Source of the DNA: Raillietiella orientalis
Taxonomy: Eukaryota
NCBI GenBank assembly: GCA_036172245.1
Contig: JAYWIR010000018.1
Span: 1,240,001 to 1,304,000 of the forward strand
Direction: 5' to 3'
Length of the DNA stretch: 64,000 nt
Both the position numbers and the translations under genes were made by a program. This document shows, piece after piece, positions 13,770 through 27,765 of this stretch (the stretch's first letter is position 1; every line of letters starts with the position of its first letter). A model generated the notes under the pieces. The model saw only the letters and a list, made by a program, of their open reading frames with translations. It was not told the DNA's origin and searched no databases.

Positions 13770-14340
13770 CGGTGCCGCCATCGGCCCTTAGTAACAGCTC
13801 TCAAGAGAGGCAAAAGTCAGAAAGGGCAGGAGCTGTCACTTCTGCTGTTGCGCTGGGGTCTTCCCAGCAACGCGTGCCGATACCACTGGACGCTGGGGAG
13901 GGAGGGCCTGGACTGTCGCAGGTGCGAGGAACGAGAGAACGCTCCTGCACCTGCTGGTGGACCGTGTAGCCCTCCGGCCCCTATGGGAACGTTTCGGAAC
14001 GACCCTCTGGATCCAGGTTGGCACCCCCAGGGTCGTTTCACGCCTCCTCTTTCTGCGGGATGCTCTGCAGCCCTACAGCGCTTTGCTGCATCCGCGGGAT
14101 TGCGGCGGCCTGGAGCGAAGTCGACAGAGGGAGAGACAGGAGGAGCACAGTCCAGTGCACAGTTCGCTTTCTGCGGATGGCGGCCAGATGGCTCCACCTG
14201 GGACCTATTCAAACGGACCTAGAAGGCATCCTGAGAGGATGCAGACTCATTCCAGTAGACAGTGGCCCCTTCCCGACCCTCTCAAAGATTTCATTTATCT
14301 TTATTTACCCCCTATTTTTATTTTTATTTTCTTTTTGTTT
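13770..14340 (+). mobile_element. 5'-truncated, decayed non-LTR retrotransposon (L1/Tx1-like) ORF2 3' end with a zf-RVT zinc-finger remnant
   Basis: Across a frameshift it reads LLRWGLPSNACR...DCRRCEE..TLLHLLVDRVALRPLWE, matching CxxC..ETxxHLLxxC..W. Downstream ALCCIRGIAAA matches TICCIRAIVTA in the 62-kb element. It ends in a T-rich tail. Confidence 0.65.
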
Positions 14341-17300
14341 TCCCCCTCCGCTGTCGAGAAGGGAGCCCCGCCGGTGACCCGGCAGGTCCACGGAAAGCGG
14401 AGCGTGGTAGGACCACCACGCGTCCCACCATAATTTTTTGTGAGGTTACTTTAAATTTTCAGAAACGACCCGGAGTGTCTGGGTGGAAATCGGAACAGCT
14501 CGCCGCCACACCGCCTGCCGCTCCTGACGCGCGCATGTGCTTCGAATGATCTGACTCGGAGGAACGCGAGCGCAGAGGCGCGCGTAAACTCGGGGGAGGG
14601 AGAGGGAAGGGGGTGGCAGAATTCCACATTTTCGGATGACACGGGGGAAAAGGAAGGAGCGGCGAGACACGGCAGTGCAGCATGGGACATCGCTTTGCGG
14701 ATGGCACAGGGCCGAAATCGCGTTGATGCGAAGTGCGCACCGAACCTCCCGAGGCGCTGGACGCATGCAAGCGGTTTCCACCTCTCCACCCAGGTGCGTG
14801 TCCTCGTCCAGAACCCGGATGAGGCCGGCTACCCTGTCCCGAGCAGCGGTTTGGGTCGCGGCAGGGGCCCCGCTGGTCGGCGGGCCGATGGGCCACTGCG
14901 CGAGTACCGGCAATGCGGCTGCTTGCGAAGCGGGTCGCTCACGTCAGCCAACGACGACGCGAGCTCCCCAGCGCATTGCAATCTCTCCGCAGCCTCTGGA
15001 AGATTCGCCGAGGGTGGCGGTAGGAAACTGTAGGTGTCTCCCACGCAAAAATTCGGAGGGTTTTCCGATTCGGGAGAGGCAGGGCCCTCAGTCACTGGCG
15101 TCGCTGGCGTCCTCGGCTGCTGGACGCACGGAAAGAGGCAGTTCCACCGCCACCATCGAGGCAATCTATCCCCTTGCTCGGGAGCGCTCGGGAGTCCGAC
15201 AGGAATTCAGGATCATGACGTGTGCATTAGAGCAGACTGGACAGTGCTTGTGGCAGTCTGCCGTGTGCCAACCCTTCCAGGCCGACGGGATGATTTCTTG
15301 CTGTCAGACCATTGGCGATGGCAACTTTTAAGGAGGCGCGCCACGCGGCCGCGTTCTTTCGGGCGGATGACCTGCGGAGGTCGAAGCCAACGGAACGGAC
15401 GGTCATCGTCAGCATGAATCGTCGTCATTCACGTATGTACACGTGCGCTGCCCACCGCACTGCAACTTTGGGTTTGTCCAACAGCAGCGTTCTTCGTGCC
15501 ACGTGATCGTAAAAGAGAGAGGTGTCTTAGCAAGCGGTGGACGCGCGCACGCCCACTGGAAAAGTCGCAAAGGCCCATCCACGGATGCGCTGAAAACTCA
15601 GTTCCCTTTCACGAGAGTCTCCTGTCGGCTGGCTGGCAATCTGGGATCATCCCCGCTAAAGGATATCTCCCGCACCAATCTTTTTTTTTTTTGATGGCGC
15701 CTTTGCAGTCCGTCCTTGGTCAGGCTCCCGTCGCTCCGTTCCCTCGCCCCGTCCCCCTGGCAACGGGCAGCCGTCCAGCCGCAACGGACCCGCGAGCCCG
15801 ACCACCGCCGGACCAGAAGACCGGCTCCGAAGCGACAAAGAGGTACGCAAGCGGGAGGTTCCGCTCGCCTTGTTTGCCCGGAGCCCGAAGAGCGGCAGCG
15901 GAGGAAGCAGAGGGCAGCGGCAGCAGAAGCAAGCAGAGCTCCGTGGGTGCGGGGGGGGGGGGGGGAGGCAGCTGGCGGTTGCGAACGAGAGAAGCGGAGC
16001 GCGGAGATAACGGGACGCGGGTCATGATCTCTGGACCAGGCGCGCGCAAACATTGCGTGGGCTCAGCCTGGAACCGCCAAGGGCATGAGTGCCACAGAAT
16101 CGAAAAACAGGGCTGCCAGACAGGTGGGGAAAAAAGGGGACGGGAGTGAGCAGGGAACGAGGCGCCCTTTGGACCTATGTGCCACCTGAGGGGGCACATC
16201 CTCGGAAACACGCGCGGCCGTAATTAGGAGAGGGGAAGAGGAGGATGCGCGGCAAGCGAGGGGATCGCCCGCACGAGATGATGCGGGGTTTCCCACTCGG
16301 GAACGGGGAGGAGGTGGGGTCAGGGGGTGCGAATGGCCTCTCTTTGAGTCGGCAACGCGGAGGGCTGCGTTAGCATCCGGACCAGCTCGCGGCGCGCACC
16401 CCCAGAGCGGGGTGACCGCCGCGTGATGACCCGCGGACGTGGAGAGGGAACCGCGCGCGCTCACGTCAACGCGTGCACGAAAGGCCCGGACCTTCCCTTC
16501 GGGCGGCTCCGCTGCGTCTCCAGGAAGCATCCGATGCAGGATGAAAACGATCCCGTCCCTAGCAGCACATGCAGCGCATGCCCTGCGGAGCAACGCTGCT
16601 GCTGCTGCTGGGCGCGCAACGTGTGCGACGACACACACCGCCGCTGCAACCGTGAAACCCGAAACCTGGCCCAGACGGGACGGACGGTCGGCGGTTGGGC
16701 CTCTCTCCCGCTGGTCCTATGCACGCGCGCAGCGTCCGTGCGACCTCCCGCGCGGTGGCGCTAAGGAAAGCGCGGCGAGAAGCCTTCGCAGCCGGGGAGG
16801 GAGCGAACCGCGCTCGCACCAAGGCAGCCTGCGGTGTGGAACGCACGCGGGAACGGAACGGGAGGGAGGGGGGGATGACCTCGGTCGCGAGCGGTTGCCC
16901 AGAATTCTGGCGCCGCCTCCCGCTTGCTCCGCAGGCGAAGAGCCAGGTCTCCTCCTTCCTCTTCTCCACCTCTTCCTCCTCTTCCTGGAAGCGACGTCCC
17001 ACCACGAGCGAACAGCGGCGATCCCCGAAAGGGAAAGACGGGTGCGTGGCCGCCATCGCGCCCTCATGCGGAATGAGTTGAAAGGGTCCCGACTCGGAAG
17101 CGAGCGAAGTACGAGGGACGATTGTGGTCTAACCAGTAGCACCCCATTCCCCCTTTCTGATCCCCTCCCGATGCAGACCCTCGGAAGTCATCGTCGCGAA
17201 GACCCGTCGGCCCTACCCTCGCTTTACTCGCCTACTCATACTGGCGCTCCTCCCCCCCCCCCCGAGTTCGGACTGACCACCCCGGACGGGATCCACATCC

Positions 17301-20300
17301 CCGCGAAGCAGGGCTTGGAGTGAGTGTGTGTGGAAGCGGGGGTGACCCTTCCGCCGCGAATTCCGTAGTAACCGGATGAGAGCAGAACGTTCCTCCCAAG
17401 CGACGCGGAAGAAGGAATCGGAATGGCCCAACATGCCGACCTCCTCCTCACCACGCATTACTTGAACTTTCTCGGCGATTCCTGCCCGTTTATTTGGAAT
17501 GAGTGGCCGGGCGTTCCGGGACGAGGTCTGCACCGCCTCAGGTGGCGCGCTCACGTGATCCACCGTGGCTTGCGGTCTAAACCAAGGAACGAAGGCGCCA
17601 CCGGGAGTCGGCGCATTCCGGAATGCTCCGTTACGGAGCGCGACGGCCCCTTTGCAGTTTTTTCCGACCGTCTTCCCTGGGGGGATGTGTGGGACTCCCC
17701 TCCCCTCTCCCTGCCTTCCCTCTTTACTGCCGTGAGGGGGGGGAGGAGAGAGGCACCAGAGTTTAAAGCAGCGCGATCCTCACTCAGCCCAAGGGTCGGT
17801 CCTCCAAGAGCGCCACAGAAGACGAGTCCCCGGAAGATGCGCTCGGACTCGAGCAGGAGCGTCGGATCCCGCGATGCTTCTGGACGATCGTGGGTAAGGG
17901 CGAGCATACCAGTCCCCTCCTCCTGGAGTGGCATCAGCAGCAGCCACGGGGTTTCTGTGGGCGCAGCGGGTCGCAGCGATGGCGAGGCTGCGGCTGCTCA
18001 GATCAACGAGCCCGTCGACCGCGACTTTCTCTGGCTCTTCTGCGTCTCTGCCGCCGCCGCCAACGCTGCTGCTGCTGCGCGCGCGTCCCCACACGCGTCC
18101 CTCTCGCACGCGGGCCACTCCAGGCGGCGGCCACGCGGAGTGAAATGAGACGCGTCCGCTGAAGTCCTAGCGCGTGCGTTCTTGCGCCACGGAAAGACTG
18201 ACCTGGGGACTCATGCTGGGATCCCTTCGCCCGCCACTCCCGGTGCAGGAAGACTCCGTCTGGAGGGCAACAGCTGCCCTGGCCGGAGCAACTGTTAAAC
18301 CCCACTCCAAGAGGGGCGAGCATTCGTCCGAGCAACGGATACTGCCCCCCCCCCTTCGCCCTCCGAAGAGAGACGGAGGACCTGACCCCAGCAAGGAGGA
18401 AGGTCATAGCTCGCATCAGCATCCCGCAGACCCTCCTCCTTTCCGTCATTCATTGATTTATCTTTCGCATGTCCGTCGCTCCAGACCTCTCCCCACTCAC
18501 CACCCATCCTGGACAGAGTGACGCGCCTGAAATTACTCTACCACGCCCTGGACGCAGTTCTCACGTGCTTCTTCCTCCCTCCCCTCCTCCTCCCCCCTTC
18601 CCCTTCTGACGAATGAACGAACGGCCCCTGCGTGACGGTACGAGCAACGGGAACGAGAGCTTCACGTTTGGCGGCGTGCGTGCGATGGGGAGAGGAGGGG
18701 GGAGGGACAGGTATCCAAGGGGAGACCGGTCGAAGCGCCTCCTCCCTGCGGGGAATGCGACGGGCGAGGGGAGGGTGGCGCCTCACCTCCGACGCGCAGC
18801 GCGGCAAGTGACGCACCGCCGCACGGAGCGCACGCACAGACGGGAGAAGCCCCTCGGACGTGACGCGTGCGGCGATGGATGCGGCGGCGTGCGAATTTCG
18901 CCGACGCCTTCCCGGCGATGCGCGCGTATCAGACCCACACAAATCAAGGCAGCGTCCCCGTCGCGGCTGACGAGGAGGCCAACCTGACCCCCCTTCTCGC
19001 CTTGCGCCCGCGGCATCGGGCGAAACGAGAAGGAAAGGGGGTTGGGAGTTGAGGAGTGGGGGAAACGAAGCACGCCCTTCGCATCCAGGAGCAGGCCGCC
19101 TCCCGGGAAGAGCGTTCGGAGCCTGCCGCCTCAGTACCGAATCCTCCCTCTCTCCTCTGCTCCCGCTTTGCATCTCACGGGTGCCATGATGCGTTTCGCT
19201 TTCGCTGCAGGCTGGAAGAGGACGACGCGCGCGTGCGCGTTTGACGGCCGGCTCTGCTGGAGATGCGCCGCGACGACAGGCGGACCGTCGCCGGGTAGCT
19301 CGCTCGTTCCCGTGAACCACGCGCGCGAGCAAGTCGTCTCGGCTCACCTCGCCCACCTAGAGGCGGTGGGGAGGAGCAGCCGTTGCTGCCTCTGCAAGAG
19401 CGGAGACACCGGCAGCGGTCAAAGACAGCACAGCGCGCGCGCGCTGCCTGCTTTCCCTCTTCTGCGGGACCACTTCGGCGGATGGAGTGGCCTGAGAGAA
19501 ATGCACCGCGTGGCACATGCCCTGCAGGACCGCGTCTACCCCGTAGCAACGAGCGACCCGAGCAGCTCCTGCTTGTCCCCGGGCTCCTCCTCCTCCTCCC
19601 TCCCTCTCTCCGAGACCGTTGGAGCAGAAAACTCCGGAGAGAAGAGCGCCGAGCATCCTCGCTCGTTGCTGCGCGCATCGCTGATTACGCGGAATCGACG
19701 CGACCGGAAAGACTTGAGGGAGGGGCTGGGAAGAGGAGGGGAGGGTGGGTGAGAGGGAGGGGGAGAAACGCAAACACAAACAGCGCGGGAGATACGGGCA
19801 CTTGCAGCGGGCTCTGCGTCCGTCCCCTCTGGAGATCGGCCGGGCATGCTGGAGAGAGAAGGCGAGTGCGTGCGCGACACGCCAGGATCGTGATGGATCG
19901 AAATGCTGCTGCTACTCCCCCCTCCTCCCTCACCTCATCACTAAACGACCTGCGCGCGGTTGTCATGGAGAGAGCGCGCTCCTTCCTTCCTCTCCTCTCT
20001 CTCTCTGTCTCCGTTTCTGTGTCCCCAAACAGACCAGACGTTGGCAGGCAAAGGGAAACATCGAAAGCAGGGGGCGCAGTGCTACACGTCTCCACCGCCT
20101 GCTGCGTGCTGGAGCCGCTGGACGAAGACAAGAGCAGCGGGAGCCGCGAAGCAGACCACCAAGCCGACCGTCCCCAGGGACCCGTGCCGGGAGCGCTCGC
20201 TATCACAGTCGGGAGGGTTCCAGGACGGCAAGGAGCGGAGCGAGACAGAGGAAATGCTTGCTACGCGCGCCCTCTTCCCGCCGTCGCGCGGTGGACCGGT

Positions 20301-20912
20301 CCCCGGGAAAGCAGTCGCTCCCCCCTCACCCTCCTCGACGATGAGAGGAAGGTTTCGAGGAACCCGACGAAGAAGCCGCGGTGGGGTCTGAAGTTCCCAG
20401 ACGCTCCGGGAGTGCGGAAAGGAGAATTCCCGCCCCCATCCTCGGGTTTCTCTCCCTCCCTCCTCCCGGCTGATCGCAGTCACCTCGCGCTGCGTCACGG
20501 GTGATCCCTTCGAGGTGATCGAAAGTTGATGCCGACGCCGGAACAAAGAGTCCCGAAGGCGCTCCTTCCCTGGAGCCACTCTCCCTCCTCCACCGGGGGT
20601 CGGCCACACACGCGACCCCCGCCCTCCTCGCCGCGGACGGTCCGCTCGCCCGCCACGCGGCAACCGGCCCGGGTGGAGGCGCAACTCGAGGGAGCCGAGC
20701 ACGGCGGGACGCGATTCGTCGGCATGCGCCCCCGCCCTGGAAGTAGGAACTCAGCGTCGCACCGGCATGTCGCGGACTAAAATCGGAGGTGGTCCACTGG
20801 GATGGCACGGCGGCCCCCGCCACTGGAAGGAGGGCATGCCGTCGTCGTGGGAGCGGCGGTCGGCATCACGGCGGGGTGGCGCATCCGTAATCAAGGGGAA
20901 TGTCACCAGGAA

Positions 20913-21251
20913 GTGTGCGCGAGTACATACATAGAATCTCAGATGTACCTACCTATACGTGCGTGCATTCACACGGGCATACGCACCGCGCGCACACACA
21001 TTTGTGTGTACTCATACGTGTATACGCACGTGCATACGCGCGCACACATACATGGGCGATCTGCACGCGCATAGATGCAGATCGTCCATGTATGTGTGCG
21101 CGTGGGTACACACATGTGCTGTACGCACATATATGTAAAACATGTACATGTGTACATAAGTGCATCCAATATACGTGCGCATATATGTGTGCCTGTGCAC
21201 AAAACATGCAGATGTCTACGTGTATACACGAGCATGTGCATGTATGCATGT
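20913..21251. repeat. Degenerate alternating purine-pyrimidine (CA/TG/TA/CG) low-complexity tract
   Basis: About 340 bp such as atacgtgtatacgcacgtgcatacgcgcgcacacatacatg. Confidence 0.9.
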
Positions 21252-24200
21252 TTCCCATTTCTGTACGCGATTCTTCTGTCCAAGAGGTTGGCTTTAAAGA
21301 CTGATAGAAAATCCACCAGTGGTCGCTACATGGTGAGGGGCGCTCCGTGAGGCACATTCGAAGCGATGACGTCACTCGATCTAGTCAACGAGATCCCCTC
21401 GAACGGGAGCGCTCCCTGACAAAACTCATCATGGCGAGCCTCCTCGGCTCGGACAGAGCTGGCGGCGGTGCTCCACCCGATGATGATGATGCTCTTCTCC
21501 AGATAACCGGAGCGCCGTCCAGCACACGAAGCACGATGGTGCACGCGCAAGAACCGAATAATTTCCATCCGGTTCTCTTCCTGGCTGCGCCTTCCCCCTT
21601 CCTCCTCCGCCACACTAATCTTATTTAACACTTCCTCTGGCTCCATTTTCCAACCGTCTCTACTCATTCTCCCCCTTTCTCTCTCTTTCTCTCTTTTCTT
21701 TTTTTTTCCCCATAATTCCAGGAATGCCTGAATGAAGCCACCGGCTTTGGTGTGCCCTCGTTGTACAGTTTGATGATGGATGCTTCTGTTTTCCGCTGCA
21801 TAATGACTCTCTAATGCAAGGCCAGATCAAAGACTGATAACGCAATTTATCTTTCCGATGAGTCGGCGAACGGTTCTTGGGTTTTGCACAACCGCTCGGA
21901 CCAAAAACAACGTCGGAACCGCGATCTTCAGAATGGTCGAAAGCAGGAGGGGAAAAAAAAAGGAAAAATGGTCGGGCCACCCTGGGAAGGTATTAAAAGC
22001 GAAGAATGGACTGATAACAAGTAACACAACACATGGAAGACGGTGCATCACAAACAGATTTACCCGACGCAACCCTCGCATTTCATCTCCAACAAACCAA
22101 TCAACTCCGATGTGTTCCGCGCACGAGCAAAACGCGCGTGCGCCACGGATCGCACTGGTCTGCCCGTGTCGCTCTCTTTCGCGGGCAGTTGTCTCGGAAG
22201 GGAGTCCTCGAACCGGAAGTGCACCAGAGCGAAAACTTGCGGAACCGAAACGGCAATAAAATTTATCCACCCTTCGTGGATCCCCCGGTTTCCAAAACGA
22301 TCCCTTTCCCTTTCGATACCTTGGTAGCACCAACGTTAGCACCCACGCAAAGATTCTAGGAGTTCCCAAGAGCTTTCGAGGGACATCATGGCAGTGGTCG
22401 GCACCATGAGGTCGTGCTGCCCTTTATATGGCTGCGAATTCCTCTATGCTGTTTCTTTGGTTTTCCTCCTCCCTCCCCCCCCCCCCCCAAAAACTTCGCT
22501 TTTTATTTTTATTGATTCACAATTCCAAGGGAAATTTGACGACAGCGCGCCAAGACGCCAATGCTCCGCGCTGCCCGGGTGTGACGAAACGAAGACCCAG
22601 GCAGCACCTCTGTCGTTTCAAACCTTCCATCTCAATCTTTCCGATCCGACCGACAATTCATCTGAAGACTGACTGACGATCGGCTGTGGTGAGGAGCACA
22701 GCGACGCGGGAACAAGAATGACAGGTAAAGAGGGGAAAATATTCATTCGCGCTTGAATGACGCTGGACCGACAGGAAGGGCTTTCGTCTCGCGGGCCGAG
22801 CAGATGTGCCCTACGGGAAAAAAAAAACCGCCAACAGGCAATCTCCCGGAACAGCCAGGACACCCAAGCCGGACCTGAGGGAACAACGGAGACGTTTCGA
22901 CCGATGAATGTTTGAACGGGACTTTCGAGGTGATTCCGAAGCATTGGCCGAAGAACGTGGAAGGAGAGGCATTGGCACGGTCTGCATGGAAGCTGGAGAG
23001 CCACTGGATTGTCACCCGGGTGCGCCAGGGCGTTTATTTCATATATAAAAAAAAAATAATGATAAACATTTACGATCTCTGCGGTTAAACCGGTGTCCAC
23101 CTACGTCCTTTTCAGAGCAAACTTGCCGCGTTACCAGTGCGCAGACCGGCAAAGTCCACCGCGGCAGCAGAGGGGAGAGGGGCAAACAGAAAGAAAAAAA
23201 GAAACAAAAAAAGAAAATAAATAAACGAAGTTGGGGGGGGAGAAGGGGGGGGGGACCACTTGAGAAAGGCAGAAAGAAGCAGCGCACGCAACAAGTCCGC
23301 TGAAAGATTTGCGCTTTCAAGAAATGCAGGAAAGGAATTTCCAAATAGAGCTGACAGGTACCACCGGGCGCATGAAAAGAAGCCGAAAATTGGAATGCGG
23401 GAGATAACGCGTTCCCGATGTTCCAAAACACCACGTCGGGGCTTACAAAAAGCTCCCGACCGGACGCCACTGTCTCTTTGCAAAGCCTGGAAGGTCCCGG
23501 AGTTCGTGGACATACTTCGAAAACACGACGGGAGGACCCTCCTCAAGAGTGCTTATCTCCCACCCGGGCGAGCTCCCGTTCGAACGGGACCACCAAACCT
23601 TTACCCGGTTGTCGTTCTGGAATTTTCGAAAGCGCAGCGCAGGAGGAGCGCGCAGCTTCCAGGTCGGCGGAACGTAGCGCCGCACACAAAACGGGAAGGT
23701 TACGCAAGCACCGGAGAGATGGTCCGTCCTACGGCGGAGTGGTCGGCTCTACAGCTTCCACTCCTTGAGCCTGCGATGCGCTTGGATACGCTGGCGTTCA
23801 CAACAAGGCGAAAAACACACGCGGGGAGGGGAAAGAGCAGAAGAAGCGGGCTAAACCGCCGGACCACGGAAGACTGCGCATTAAAGGACAGGATTCCTTC
23901 TTCTGGTTCTTCCGCGTGCGTCCTCCCATGCCGCCCTCGGTTCGGGGAGTCCAAGAGAACGAACTGCTACCGAACCAAGTGCTTTGCAACGAGCCGCAGA
24001 GTAGGGGAATCCAATTTAAAAAAAAAAAAAATTGAAATGTCTTCCTGGCGTACGAATTCAGCATTCTTCTCCTCCAAAAAAAAAAAAAAAAAAAAACCGT
24101 TCCTGTTTCTAAAGTCGTAGCGCCATCTTCCTCCCACTTCCGTTCTCCGAAATTCGAATGCGCCAACCGATGAAAACGAACAAACCGCCAAGAGCTGCCT

Positions 24201-27200
24201 TTCCCGATCAGCAGTCCCTTCCTGGATGTTCCCACAAGCAACAAAACGGAACGAGATTCTTCCGTTCCGTGTCGGCAGAGAAAGGTTCCAGACGGGAGCT
24301 CCCCGGCTGGATGCCCCAGTGGCTGGAGCAGTCGCGCAGCCACGTGCGGGAGCAGGATATACTGCGCGGCGTGAAACGCCAATTACGGGGCGAACAAGGG
24401 CGTCCCTTGGAATGAAAGGCACTCTGTGAAAGTCATCTCCCTTGAAAGAGGACCGGTGATCGACTGCACGACAAAGCCCGGTAGCGGTGGAGCGCCCTCC
24501 TTGTTCGCGCAGCTTTGCTGAAAACCGAAAAATAGAAGAGAGCCTTCTTGCCCACCACCAGCCTCTTCAGACCTTTGAGAACACAACAAAAGTGCACGCG
24601 CCAAGGCGTGTACACGACAGCGGCAGCAGGGATAACAGGTCGTGGCTTCTGATGAGAACAAGAGAAACAAACACACGGTACGACGCAAGCACCTCTCCGG
24701 TCACGTTGGCTGGATTTCAAAGCCTGAACACTCCAGAGAGCCCTGCGCTGCTTTGTAGCACCAGGCGTTGCTGCGTGCGATCCCGAGCCACATCGACCCA
24801 ACATCCAGCCTCCCCCAACGAGCTTCCGTGTATTCCAACGAACACCACTGACCACAAGTCGTTCTACCGCGAGCCACGGTCAGATGCGATATAGATCCGT
24901 GAAACAGTGGCTGATGGACAGAAAAGGTAAAACCCATAAGATACGTGAACGAATCGACAGGCTCGGAAGATGCCACAGCTAGGGATGTTCGCTTGGTACA
25001 TCGTGTCGCAGCACTAGCTACTCCCATTTGTCAATTTTTTTTACGCGACAAAAGGTCTCCCCCCTTCCCGTGAGGAAGGGGGGGAAGAAAAAGAAAAAAA
25101 AAAGACCGAGACAATAGGAAAAAAAAAAGAGCAAGAAAATCTCAGCGGTCGTCCACGAAAAAAGTGAGCAGGATAGGAACTTGATACTCCTGCGCTTTCT
25201 GGAACGAAACACCGAACTGTCTACGGACAGCGCAACGTCCGCGTGGGGCATTTTCAATGGATGTTCTGCACAGGTGGCGCGCGCAGCAATGCGAACAAGC
25301 GGAAACGCTTCCTCCGCAGGATGTGTCGAAATATCCTGGCTCTGGCGGTGGTGGTGTTCGGTGGACACCTGGATGCGGACGGACAAGCAAGCAGGCGAGG
25401 TCGAAGCAGCGGCACACACGGATCGTGCGAGAGATCGAAATCCAGGCGAGAGAATCCACAGGAACACGGGCGCGAGGCGGTGCGCCCGGTCACGCCAGGA
25501 AGCTCGCGTACGATTCACGCACGTTTCGGAATCCTCACCAGCCGTGGGTTCCTTTTTTTTTTTTTGTTGTTGTTGTTTCTTTTTCCCTTCCAGGCCTGCA
25601 ATCCGCCTTCCGTGGGAAAACGGCACGGAGACGTGCAGGAGAGTTGCGAAACCAACTGGCCGATCGCCAGCATGGAAGTACCGACCGGTGTCCTCTCCAC
25701 GAGACCGTTCCCGCGAGCGTATCGGGATCATCGCGTCGAACTCACAGGCTGCGAAGAAGAAGAAGCAGATGGAGAAGAGCCCACGGAACGGAAGTCGGGA
25801 AGGGCTCGTTGCTCATCATGGCAAGAGGCTGCTGCTTGTCACCTTTCGCTCTCGCTCTCTTTTTCAGAACCTGCACCAACGAAACCAATGCACGTGATTC
25901 GGAGCCCATTTTTCATCGTGGTGAAAGCAGGGCCCGCACACACGTGCACGTGGATCCGTGAGATGAGAAGAGGCACGCCATCAAACCCAGGGTGACGGAA
26001 ACGACCGGTTTTGCCGCCCGAGCTCCATACTGTTCCCTCCTTACGACGGAACGGAAAAGAGGCGGCGCCTTCAGAAGAGACCGCTGTGGCTGCAGCAAAC
26101 TGGGAAACCCCATCTCAGGTACCATGTCAGGTACGGATCGCTCGTTTTGTGCACTCCCACGGAAGGAGCGCTTGTCCCTACTGACCTTGGAAAAACAGTT
26201 GATCACTTCACGCGCGTTTCCTTGAAGTCCGAAAGCAACGTAACAAGAGCACGGCATCCGTCTTTTCCGTGGCAACGCAGGGCTGCCAGACGAAGGCATG
26301 GGTCGTATCGTCAAATTGTTGGGAGGATGTGAGTGCACATGGGATAGAAATTCCAAAGTTGCGCGTGAGTGCGTGATACACCACAGGCGAGAGAATAATG
26401 CGCACGCCTGACCAAAGAGCCTGCATCGGTACACATACGTACGTACGTGTGCGCACATGGTCACGCAGTGCTGTGAACGCGTATACACGTGCGCACATCC
26501 AAGTGCTGAGGCCGTTCGGAAAGGCATGGATAGCCGCAAAGATATCCGTCGAGTACGAAGACGGTCAGTCGACTGCGTTCCGAGATGCAGAAGAGGGAAC
26601 TGGGAAGACGAGACCTCTGCCCTCGGGCCGCTGTCGAAGGGTGGGGCGCTTCGCTCCTCGCGAAGCAGGTGCCGTGTCCCCTTGGCTGCCTTCGGGACTC
26701 GCGTTCCAGAACAGACGCAAAACGCGCGCAAGCCTGGAATGGGTGCCATCGCCTCTCGTGCTCCCTTCCCCCACAAACACGCGCAGGCGCGCTCCACGGG
26801 CAGGAGATGGGGGGGGGGGGGGAGGTAATCCTCCGCTAGCCAGGTCCGGAAGCACAGTCTCGCTTCAAGCGTGAACGGCGGCGGCGGCGACGTGACCTGC
26901 TGCTGCAGCTTCGACCAAGATGCTGAGACGGCGACCGGACAGGGCGCACGTCTTCTCTTCGGAACCCCGTATTCCTCCCGTCCCCCTCTTTCCGAGAACC
27001 TCCTCGCCTCGCACGCACCTCGCTCGCTGTACGCGCCAGCGAGGTGCGTGCCGCTCGGGACGAGACGGAAACGGCGGACGCACCTCTTCGCTTTCCGGAC
27101 GGCGTCGTGACACGCGTGATCGTCACGGTCGCCCGGAGAAACCGCCGTCCTGCGAACGGGACCGCGCGATTTTCCTTGGCCGCCGGCTGGAAAGCGCGCG

Positions 27201-27727
27201 AGAAAATCCTGCGATGGTTCCTGTTCCTCTTAATGGCCTCGATTTGGAGCCGATTTCCTGGCAGGAAGATTTGCGAGCTCGCCCGTAAATCTGCCGCCGC
27301 CGGCGAATCCCTGACGCGGGATCGGAGATCGCGAAAGGACCCGCGGAGGTGAGGGGGATGAGAGGAGGGGGGGGGGGGAAGAAGGAACAGGAGAGAAAGC
27401 GCAGCACGGAAAGAGCAGGCGCGCAGAACACACCGCCACTTCCCGCGGAGGCGGTCACCGCGGAAAGACGGAGGAGCGTGCGGGGTGGTGGCATCGGCAG
27501 CTGAGGGCACCTCACGTGGGAAAGCGAGGCAAAACAGAAAGGACGGAGCACACAGCCTGGCTGCTAATTCGCTCCTCCTCCTCCTTCTCCCCTGACGTTT
27601 CGCATACATCGGGAATCCACAATGCACCGTCATTTCTCAATGGCGTCAAATTATGGCAGCCCCGAAACCAACTTCCGGTCTTTGTAGATAATGCCATCAT
27701 TCCGACAGAGGAGGAGGGAGAGGGGGA

Positions 27728-27729
<2 letters not shown>

Positions 27730-27761
<32 letters not shown>
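27730..27761 (+). repeat. (AG)16 microsatellite
   Basis: Uninterrupted AG run. Confidence 0.95.

Positions 27762-27765
<4 letters not shown>

Noticed and set aside
17330..17590. Tc1-like transposase hints (EWP, IWNE)
   Set aside because: Too few conserved residues and no TIR or TSD found.
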